A stretch of 64,000 nt of DNA from Eukaryota sp. TZLM1-RC (Eukaryota; Protista; Metamonada: BaSk clade). Position 1 is the first letter of the stretch, and each line of letters opens with the position of its first letter. The notes below the pieces were generated by a model that was given only the letters and a program-made list of their open reading frames with translations, was not told the origin of the DNA and ran no database searches. Positions 1 through 9,400 of this stretch are shown here, in pieces. The position numbers were made by a program, and so were the translations under genes. The DNA is taken from contig JAUPSS010000001.1 in assembly GCA_040285825.1 (NCBI GenBank), forward strand, positions 1,860,001 to 1,924,000, in the 5' to 3' direction.

Positions 1-142
1 TTTTCTATTTTTAAGGGGATGTTGAAGATGGTTTCTGATGCTTTGCTTTCTCTTGGATCTCACTATGAGAGAGTTGCATCTAGTGTTTTTGTTTTGGGAG
101 AGATGGATTTTTTAGATGTTGATTTATAGGTTTAGAATAAAA
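1..142 (+). mobile_element. 3' end of CRE/SLACS-like non-LTR retrotransposon, subfamily A (C-terminus ...VFVLGEMDFLDVDL*)
   Basis: Near-identical to the 3' ends at 3740-3900 (-) and 7015-7140 (-); AATAAA follows the stop codon. Confidence 0.85.
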
Positions 143-720
143 TTAAATTTTTTTTAAAAAAAATTCCGGCATATATTGCAATAGAGCACCATGGATACTG
201 CGGCGACTTAGTGAATTGAAAGCATTACTAAAATCCAATGACATACAAACATTGGATTCATTTTGGCGAAATAATACATCTGTAGCAAATATCGCTGAAG
301 AGACTCCATCAGTGGTATTAATTCCATATTGAAAGGGTAATAAAATCTTTTTTGCTTTCTCATTGAACCTGCTCAAGCAACACGCAGAAAAAATATTGTG
401 TAAGCTCTCAGAGACTGCAATAGGACGAACATCCATTTTTGAATTTTTGACAAGTGCAGTCAAACGAGAACTTCTTAATTCAAGTGGATATCTGAGTTGA
501 TCAGTCAATCTTTTGTTGAAAAAATTGCTTGAATTTGTCATAAAAATGGGCGAATGGCCACACCAAACAAAAGACGTAGTAAGGGATCTCCTTGCTTAAC
601 ACCACATGATCATTTCAAAATAGAATCACCAAAGGACAAATCAAAATTTGTTCAATATGTTTGAAAATAAGGTAGCAATTCTGGCAAGTAATTCAACAAA
701 GCACCACGATTACTACACCA
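143..720 (-). pseudogene. Non-LTR (CRE-like) reverse transcriptase fragments
   Basis: RPIAVSE, PFQYGI and SLDFSNAFNSLSR motifs in ORF 143..541; a GVKQGDPL motif at ~580-610 lies out of normal order. Confidence 0.8.
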
Positions 721-920
721 TTATAGAAATCAATGAATTTATTTGTTTTATTTGTACAAATGTTCGCATTTCAATTTAACTTCAACTAATCTTATGATGA
801 CATTAGCTTGAACCATGAAAACAGAAAAGAAAAAAGCGTCGTTTGATTGCTGAAGGTGAAATAAACCATCTTGATTCATTTCATCTCTATCCAACAACTA
901 GCATTTGACAGCTATAGCTG

Positions 921-1409
921 ATGTCCTCTTCACCTACAAACTCTACTAATTTGTTTTCTCCCTTGCCAGACCACCTCTTTGATACTCCGGAACCCTCGGC
1001 TCCGAGTGAATCTGCCTCAGTCGAGGAGCAATTGAAATTCTACAAGGAACAATACCAACGAGAACACCAAAAGGTTCAGTATCTACTCAATGATCGTGAA
1101 AAAATGCGTCACAAAATCGTTGACATTGGTCTACAAGTGGAGAAGGAAGAGGAGTTTATAACCAATAGATTACTTCGGAAACTCCACAAACTTGAAGAAG
1201 AGAAACGAGTTTTCCACGAAGAACTATCTGAGTCCGAGTCTAATTCTATTGAAGAACTCAACTCGACCATCTCTAGGCTTCGTGCGGAGAAGGTGGAGAT
1301 TGAAAGTGCCCTGGAAAAGGAGCTAGAGTCTGTCATTATGAGACTGCATCGCCGAATGAGACGCCTGTCCCGAAGCAACTCCACTTCTTCAGAATGTGAA
1401 CCAAAGTAG
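921..1409 (+). CDS. CCDC6-like coiled-coil protein
   Basis: EKEEEFITNRLLRKL and EKVEIESALEKELESVIMRL resemble the two conserved CCDC6 (H4/D10S170) repeats. Confidence 0.6.
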   Translation: MSSSPTNSTNLFSPLPDHLFDTPEPSAPSESASVEEQLKFYKEQYQREHQKVQYLLNDREKMRHKIVDIGLQVEKEEEFITNRLLRKLHKLEEEKRVFHEELSESESNSIEELNSTISRLRAEKVEIESALEKELESVIMRLHRRMRRLSRSNSTSSECEPK

Positions 1410-1586
1410 TTTTGTATATGTATAAATGTATGACTTTGTTGTTGCTTCAACGCATCTTCTTTATCGGCACCAGATGGACAGTAATAATCTTTATTGAAAT
1501 AAGTTGTTTAAAAAAGATCAATGATACTTTAATTGAACAAAAAAAACTGTTTCAATACAATCAAATAAATAAATTTTAAAAAAACA

Positions 1587-3227
1587 TTAATTGGAAGAAA
1601 AAGACTTCCAGGATTGTATAGTTTGAGATAATCCATCACGAGATAGTATATTTGAATAAGAGGAAAGTTGTGGAAAATTGTTAATTAATGCATCAAAAAT
1701 AAACGGAAACAGTGAAAATTCAGTTAATTCAAAATAACTAATCAAAAAATTTAAATGTTTTTCAAAATAACCAATGATATTAAGACAAGCGTAAGCTTTT
1801 AGCAAAAGAAAAACACCAAATAACTGAAGGTATTTGAATCCAAATTTTGAAACATTTGCAATTAATTCATGAATTTGAGGCAATAAATGGTCAATTTCTG
1901 ATGATGAGTGATTATTAAAATGGATTTCACAAAACAATTTACATAATTGGACCAAATATTCGAAGTAAGGAATATTAAAAACAGTGATTTCATTTAATAA
2001 TTGCAGACAATAGGAAAGATTTGAATTTAAAAAACAACTAGATAAAGCATAATTAATTTGATTGATTAATGAGAAATAAAAAGAATTTACTGAATTGAGT
2101 TTTTTGGGTTTTTGAGAAAAGAGGGAATTCAATAATGTTACCACATCATCCGAATGGCCATAAAAATTGAGAAAAACAAGCAAAACTCGGCGAAAATAAC
2201 AACAATAAACATCCGAAAGGGTCAAATTCAAGGAATCAATCAAAAATTTTGACCGGTTTAATTCAGCTAATAGAAAATCAAATTTTCCTTTATCAAAAAG
2301 GGTTTCAAAATAAATAAACAGCTGCGAATTAGTAATTAAAGCGCAATCAATTCTCAAATTTGATTGACAATTTGATTGAAATTCTACTTTTGGTGCCTCA
2401 AGGGTGGGACAATTAGTAACTGATTCAGCGAAATTCAAATAGAATTGGAATAAATTGGAATTATTGACAAAATTGTTGAGCAATTTAAATACACAAACTG
2501 AATTTCCACAACTAAATAAAACTGATTGGAAAACAAAGTCTTCAAAAGTCATGGTAGAGGTCAAAAAATGTTCAAAATTTGAAAATTTGTTTGACTTTCC
2601 TAGAATAAGTTCACAAATGGCAATCAAAATCTTACATTTTTGACCTACTTTCTGGTCTGATTCATAAATCAACAACCCATTCTGAACCTCTACTAGTAAT
2701 TCCAAAGCAGTCTGTGATGAGTCTTTATCGGCTAGACTCTTTTCAACATCATTGACAGTATCATTCAATAGAAAAGAGATTTGACTAGGAACCTTGACTT
2801 TGGTTGACTTTGCAGGTGGCACGTGGCTTGTTGTGCTGCAATTATGACCCATAAAGTTCTTAAAGTCAGTAAACAACTCAAGCAACTCTTCATCGCTGAG
2901 CAAGGAGATAGCAACACTGACTTGACGAAGATACAGTCCAAAAGGGGATGAAGGGTGAATGTGGTCGTCACTGGTTCCTATGCGAGATGAGAAGAGCTGA
3001 GAGAGAGGGATTAGATCAAGGTAACAATCAAACGAGAGGTAATTAAAGAGAAGATCGGTGAACTCATCGTCAAAAAATGGAAGAAGAGAATTCAAGAAGC
3101 CATCAAGTGAAGGGGTTTGCTGAGGATGTAAACAATGAGAGAGGAGCGCAGAGGAGAGATTGGCAATCTTTTGATCATGAACGATGGTTATGGAGACTGA
3201 GACTGTGATATCAGAAGTGGATAGCAT
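1587..3227 (-). CDS. Divergent anaphase-promoting complex subunit 5 (APC5)-like protein
   Basis: IHPSSPFGLYLRQVSVAISLLSDEELLELFTDFKNFM resembles the conserved APC5 N-terminal motif; the remainder is helical. First ATG is at 3227. Confidence 0.5.
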   Translation of the reverse strand: MLSTSDITVSVSITIVHDQKIANLSSALLSHCLHPQQTPSLDGFLNSLLPFFDDEFTDLLFNYLSFDCYLDLIPLSQLFSSRIGTSDDHIHPSSPFGLYLRQVSVAISLLSDEELLELFTDFKNFMGHNCSTTSHVPPAKSTKVKVPSQISFLLNDTVNDVEKSLADKDSSQTALELLVEVQNGLLIYESDQKVGQKCKILIAICELILGKSNKFSNFEHFLTSTMTFEDFVFQSVLFSCGNSVCVFKLLNNFVNNSNLFQFYLNFAESVTNCPTLEAPKVEFQSNCQSNLRIDCALITNSQLFIYFETLFDKGKFDFLLAELNRSKFLIDSLNLTLSDVYCCYFRRVLLVFLNFYGHSDDVVTLLNSLFSQKPKKLNSVNSFYFSLINQINYALSSCFLNSNLSYCLQLLNEITVFNIPYFEYLVQLCKLFCEIHFNNHSSSEIDHLLPQIHELIANVSKFGFKYLQLFGVFLLLKAYACLNIIGYFEKHLNFLISYFELTEFSLFPFIFDALINNFPQLSSYSNILSRDGLSQTIQSWKSFSSN

Positions 3228-3348
3228 GTCTTCATAGTTTCTTGATTCAGAGAATTTCACACAGAGTGAATATGCATAATTGTGGAAACTTCTCAGCACC
3301 AAGGGTTAGTATACACTAAATACCTTGGAAATACGTTGATTAAAACAG

Positions 3349-5560
3349 CTACTGCTGTCTTCTTAGACGTCTCACACGCCTTGGCCGTCTGAATGGTTCT
3401 GGCAACCAGTGAAATACTCACTAATTGCAATCTCCAGCTGGTGTCTGGAGGCTGAGATGTACCTAGACCAGTTGGTCTGACATCGAGCACAATCCAACTT
3501 AGCGTTATTTACCCTTTTATGATCATAACAGATCTTTCTATGAAAGACCTTACAGCAATTCAGGTCATAAACTCGTCCCCGACTTTGATGCTTTCAAAGT
3601 GTTTTTTGATTTGTTTGAGAAATCTCTTTCGGGGGGATTTCACAGATTGACGAGAAGGACCACCACCACCATTGCCGAACCAAACTATAGTGTTTCTTCC
3701 TTCAGACAAGCGTTTAATTCTGTTACTAAAACTTTTTTTTTAATTTAATTTAATTCTAAACCTATAAATCAACATCTAAAATATCCATCTCTCCCAAAAC
3801 AAAAACACTAGATGCAACTCTCTCATAGTGAGATCCAAGAGAAAGCAAAGCATCAGAAACCATCTTCAACATCCCTTTAAAAATAGAAAACACAATTCTA
3901 TTTTGCCAAAACAATCTGTTGAAATTTCTGCCAGTTCTTTTCTTTACAATCATTTCAAAATCATCCAAAAAACGTAAAGCAGTTGGTGCAAGTGAACCAA
4001 AAAGGGAAAATACAAATGGATACAAATTGTATTTTGCATGCTGTAGACTGGCCAATTTGGACAAAGGTTCATTGTATTTATTGAATTTAAAATTTTCAGC
4101 ATTTGAAAGGGGATTATGAATTTCAGAATTAACAAGCCTTTCATTTGAGGCATTACAAGGATCAACAGACATTACATCCAATAAAATGAAGCTTCCATCT
4201 AATCCAGGTAATATGACATCACCTCCATTATTCTTATGAAAATCATTTTCAGCATCAAACAAAACTAAAACTAAAACTGGTTATTCTCTTTTGTCTTTGT
4301 ATGAAAAAATCAAACTTATTTCTTCTAAGTTTTTTCTTGCACCACGCTGCAGGTTTCCAGACATAATTGAAGCATATTCAGGCTCTTCCTCAGATTCAGG
4401 AACATAAGATAAACTTATTTCAATCAGATACTTTTGGAAGCTCTGAGTGGAATAAGTGTTGGGAGTTGCTTGAGTGAAGAGGAGGGTGATTTAGTCTTCG
4501 TTTTTTTTGATTCAGTAGCAGTCCAAATCGTTCAAAAACAGGTGCACAATTTCGGAAAGAACCAGCAGTCCAACCACAAAGATTGCTGTGGTTGGGATCA
4601 ATGGATACAAAAACAAATTTTCATCAGTATCTCTGTAATTGGGCTGTTGTTCCACTGGTAACCATGGTCTTCTCTGTGGATTTGCTGTTCTATGGACATT
4701 GGATTTTCGTTTCCTTTCAGAGTTATGAAAATCATAATTTCCAGAGGCTCGCATGGGCTCAAATTCCGCTTTACTTGGCCTATTATAAGTTTTTCTTTCC
4801 TTCTGAGTAAACGTAAACCGCAAGGAATCACCATTTGAAACAATGGTATAGTTAATAAATTTGGATTTATTAACAAACCGATAACGGTTGTTCAGAAGCT
4901 TTTTGTCTGCATTTAGCCTTGCACCTAATAATTAGCACATAATTCAAATTTTAAACTTAATACCAAACCACCTTTTTAAGACACATGATCAGGATAGATC
5001 GATTTAAATGCTGTATAATATACTTTATTGTCATAATCTTTGCTTTTATCGCTGCTTGACATTCGGGAATTCGAGTAATTTTCGTCAATTTCTGGGATGT
5101 TCATGATGAATTGATATATACTCAGAGCAATTTTCTTTTCTTCAAGGCCACACATGGTTGTAATCTATAATGCTTTGTTTTTCATCTTTGGCTTTGTCCA
5201 CTTTATACTCATTACTCAATGACATTGTTTTGAATACAAATATTCATAAAGTTACATCAACTAAAACAAAACGTCAAAAAATCGGTGTGGAGATTGATTG
5301 TTCATAGACTCTACTTCAAAGCCATTGTTTAAGCGCCTTCAATACCTCTAAAGATGTTTGAAAAGTATTCTTCACAGGGGAACAGGGAAGACTGAAACGC
5401 TGAACATTACCACCCTTAGCAATGGTTTGTACTTTCGCATACCTCTTTTTTCTAGAATTTTGCAAAAAAATTTGAAACATTTTTTCAATGTGTGACAGTG
5501 TGTCCTTCATGTATTCATTGAATGCAACAATTGATGGTAATAGTTTTTGGAAACACATGA
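3349..5560 (-). pseudogene. Fanzor (TnpB-like) pseudogene A, interrupted by a retrotransposon
   Basis: Across frameshifts it reads YTIVSNGDSLRFTF, VSIDPN (RuvC-I), TYSTQSFQKYL, LRRNKFDFFIQRQKR, IVWFGNG, DEFMT (RuvC-II), CARCQTNWSRYISAS (ZnF/RuvC-III, D>Y) and PEPFRRP. The 5' boundary is approximate. Confidence 0.75.
3734..4263 (-). mobile_element. 5'-truncated CRE-like element (subfamily A, RLE domain) inserted in Fanzor A
   Basis: GDVILPGLDGSFILLDVMSV...KFNKY restriction-like endonuclease, poly(A) tail, and TSD actaaaact at 3725-3733 and 4270-4278. Confidence 0.9.
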
Positions 5561-6099
5561 GTTAACTGTTAACGACTTTGAACGCAGTCCTAGTCCTTCG
5601 AAATTGGTTTAATTTTAATTGTGAATTGCTATTAAATAATGAATCAGTTGAAGAATTTCGTACTTCACAGGTGCATTTAACCACCAAATTTCCCTTCACA
5701 AACTTGGTGTAATTGCATGCTGGAAATTAACTATCTTATTTTTTCTATTTATTTATTTATTTTGGTCAAGTATATTGATTACTTTTTGATGATGTCGATT
5801 AAAATTATCAAAAATAGTTGAATTTTCGGTGGATCATTCTTTGAAGGATCTTTGTCCATTTGTTTGAATAGGGGAGAACTTATGAAAACAAATATTTATT
5901 TCAATGACTGTCAGTTTTTCTATGTCATTTAGAGTTTTAGAGTTATAAAAAAATCGCGGTAAATATTAATCATTAAAACCAATATTTGGTATTTTGTTCT
6001 TCATGCAAAACAGTTCAGCTGCATATAATTTCAAATAGACCTTCTCCTTACATTTTAGGCATTTGCTCTTGTAAAAATAGTAGCGAAAATGCATTGTGA

Positions 6100-7560
6100 T
6101 TTTATATCTTGATAAGGATTGTAAAAAGCTTTGTCAATCTGGACAAAGGTTCATTGTATTTTTTGATTTTGAAATTTTCAGCATTTGAAAGAGGATTATG
6201 AATTTCCGAATTAGCCAGACTTTCATTTGAATCATTACAATGATTCACAGACATTACATCCACTAACATGAAGGTTCCATCTAATTCGGACAATATGACA
6301 TCATTTGTATTATTATTCTGAAACATCAACTTCAGCATCACACAGATTTGACAACAGAGGTTCCAAAAAGGATTCAATTCTATGACACTTGCACATACAA
6401 CATAATTGGTTTGTTACAGCATCGTGCATTTTGCTTCTAAAATTAATACAATTTTTACAATTTGATCAATGAGTAGTTGAAATTTTTCGAGAACATTTAC
6501 AAATTCAATTATGAGGTAACTTACCGGGCCAAATAAAGGAGCGAAGTTTCATAACCCAAAATCTAAGCAGAATCAGTTCAGAGAGTGTCATAAATTTGAG
6601 GATTAGTTGTTACTAAAACAGAAGTCCTACTGTCACACATATCTTGTAAAAGATTTGCAAAAGCGGGATTCTATTTCTTGGCCAAGCCAAGTCTAACATC
6701 AAAATCCAAGCTTTCACAAATCTTTGACAATTTTTGTTGAAGCTTTTTACAGCAAAACTGTAAATTAAAAAGAGATCGGTTTGGAATTTCTTGAATTGAT
6801 TGAGGAAAACATTTGGTCCAAATTTGTGGCGGCAATTTTTCAAGTTCACAAGATAACTCATACAAATAAGGACTGCAATTGGGAACTAACAGATGAGAAT
6901 CATCAGGAAATCTACGAGAAAATTCATGAATAAAATTCTTGCATCCATTCAAAAAAGTTGATTGACACAAAAATAGAAGATTTAGTAAGTTCAATACCAC
7001 CCAAATTTTTTTTTTATTAATTTTAATTTTATTCAAAACCTACAAATCAACATCTAAAAAATCCATCTCTCCCAAAACAAAAACACTAGATGCAACTCTC
7101 TCATAGTGAGATCCAAGAGAAAGCAAAGCATCAGAAACCACCCAAATTTGCTGAAGAAAATAAGTGATTTTTCTACATTCCTGGTTCTACATCCAATAAA
7201 GCAGCAATAAATTCTGCTCTCAATGAATTGAAGGAACGACAAAAATCTAATGCTATGGAAGGAGCATAAGATCTCAAAATGTGGGTTATTCTCCCAGTGT
7301 AGCAAATTTTAAACATGAAAAAATTAATAAGTTTTTCTATATCTAAAGAAGAAATTGAATCAAGTGCAATTTTTATTTTTTCCAAAATAACTTGCAATTC
7401 ATTCTGAATTTGAGGCACATTTCCTAACCAACAACCAAGGAACTTAAAAGCATCACTATTGTATTCAGTAAAAGGGAAAACAGAATCATTAATCACACAG
7501 TCCTGAGCAGAAGAACCAATCAGAAGGCATATGCTCGCAGAAGTCTTGATTCCATAAAGA
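6100..7560 (-). mobile_element. Decayed CRE-like element (RT thumb to RLE) with a nested subfamily-A 3' end at 7009-7136
   Basis: FKFLGCWLG, RITHILRS and RLE motifs; the nested piece is flanked by TSD accacccaaattt (6996-7008 and 7137-7149). Confidence 0.8.
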
Positions 7561-7774
7561 GAAAAATACAATTTAAAGCTCCTGCTTTTTAGTAAGGGGC
7601 TAAATTGAAGACAAAATAACAAAAAATAAAGCAGCGAACAAAAAAACTTGCCATCAATAGACCCATGAAGGTTTAAGTGCTTGTAATTGCTTTACAGAGC
7701 AATATTATACAAAAGTTTATTTTTCATTTATTTCAACACATGCTCAACAACACAAACCTCAACTATGTTGTAAC

Positions 7775-7857
7775 GTGATGAAAGCACATGTAGATGGTGA
7801 AGATAGACCAGTATATTTACAGAAAGCTAAGGTTGATGAAGGTTCAGAAAATCTTCT
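7775..7857 (+). pseudogene. Solo Fanzor C-terminal fragment related to the 22.8-23.4 kb Fanzor
   Basis: Translates VMKAHVDGEDRPVYLQKAKVD, versus VMEAHVDGGDRPVSFQRTKVD in ORF 22800..23477; the DNA aligns. Confidence 0.7.
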
Positions 7858-8707
7858 TTTTCAAGATATTGTAAAATATTCAAATGAAACCCACAGAACA
7901 AATGTTGACTAATTTTCTTCCTTTCTCTCCATCATTAACTTAAATTATTCCACAATTTATCATCTCAACTGAAAAAGCAAACTCTGCGTCAGTATACAAA
8001 GCTAGGTTGACCTAACCTAAAATGGATTACACATTTTGCGTTTCCATTTTGAGGTGCAAATGAAAATGGAAACATATTGTTGGCAGAATTCTCACTGCAA
8101 CTGTACTGTACTGATATCGTGTATAATGATGTTACTTTTTGTGTATGAGATAATGCAGATTTCACCAGCAATACTAACTTTACTAAAGAATCATCTCCTG
8201 TCAGGAAATGGTTGGACCTTTTTTTCCAACAAAAATGAAAAGGAATAAATTCTACATTGCCAAATCTAACTCCATAATGATAAGTTCGATTGTCCTCGAT
8301 GTCAAACCAACTGGTCGTGAAATTCTCAGGTTTGGACAGAGTAGAAAGTAGGGAAACAAGCATATGTTTAGGTCCCGTCGAAACAGAGAGGGAGAGAGGA
8401 AGGGAGAATTGTTGAGATAGCTGAATGGGAAGAGGACAAGGGGTAAAGGAAGGAGAAGGAAACTGGAAAAAAAACATAGAGTTTAGACGAAGTAACAACG
8501 ACCAGAACAGCTAGAGGGTAAATCGAACTGATGTTGATGACCACTAATAGAGATACAGTGGATAGGCATTTGATACAATTGTGTAAATTAGCAATCAATT
8601 TGAAATCGCAATCTGTCAGACATCGTGTCAGACAGCGAGATTATCTTGACTCTTCCCATTCTTCTAACATCATGCAGCAAAAGAAGAACAAGGATAACGA
8701 GGTTACG

Positions 8708-8911
8708 GACTCAGTTCCCACCTCCTCCTTCAACCTGTTGTTCAAAGAACAGCCGAGTACTTCTTCCCGAACTCTTCAGTCGGGAACAGTCATCCTGTTT
8801 TACAGGAATAAACGGAAGATCAGAGCCTCGATTTCTTATCGAAATCGTCGTTCTGATTCTTCCGTGGGGGTAGAGTATTGCACTTTTTTGAGTCATCATG
8901 TGAGTCATGAT
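8708..8911 (+). ncRNA. Candidate multi-hairpin structured RNA in the leader of the exonuclease-Fanzor element
   Basis: Four consecutive stem-loops (8737-8753, 8764-8786, 8793-8807, 8812-8865) plus possible closing stems; function unknown. Confidence 0.4.
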
Positions 8912-8940
8912 TTGGGTGCTGTTGAATCAGCCATGGTGCT

Positions 8941-9400
8941 AATCACCTTGGATATGGGATGCTCTTCTTCTTCGTGTTTTGTTTTGAATTGTTATTTTGA
9001 TGTTATTGAGTTTGTTGTTTTTCATGGTTTAGCTATTTGTACTGTAGATATGGGATGTTGTTCTGGTTTGTGTTTTGTTTTACATTGTTGTTACTTTGAT
9101 GTTTTTGATTTTGTTGATGTTTTTGGTTTAAGTACTTGTACTTTGAATATGGGATGTTTTTCTTGTTTGTGTTTTGTTTTGAATTGTTGTCTTGATGTTT
9201 TTGGGTTTGTTGTTTTTCGTGGTTTACGTACTTGTACTGTAGATGTGGGATGTTTCTTTTGTATATGTTTTGTTTTACATAGTTGTTTTGATGTTTATGA
9301 GTTTGTTCATTTTTGTGGTTTAGACTCATGCACTTTAGATATGGGATGTTGTGTCTTAAATTGTTATTTTGATAATGTTGAGTTTGATTATTATGTTTAT
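8941..9400 (+). repeat. About 5 tandem copies of a 96-99 bp unit encoding a Cys-rich hydrophobic 32-aa repeat
   Basis: GATATGGGATG-like anchors at 8951, 9047, 9146, 9242 and 9338; in frame within ORF 8531..9580. Confidence 0.85.

Noticed and set aside
8793-8807. U5 snRNA loop 1
   Set aside because: It lacks the invariant GCCUUUUAC loop.
8941-9400. CRISPR-like array near an RNA-guided nuclease
   Set aside because: Whole 96-bp units are homologous; there are no unique spacers or invariant repeats.
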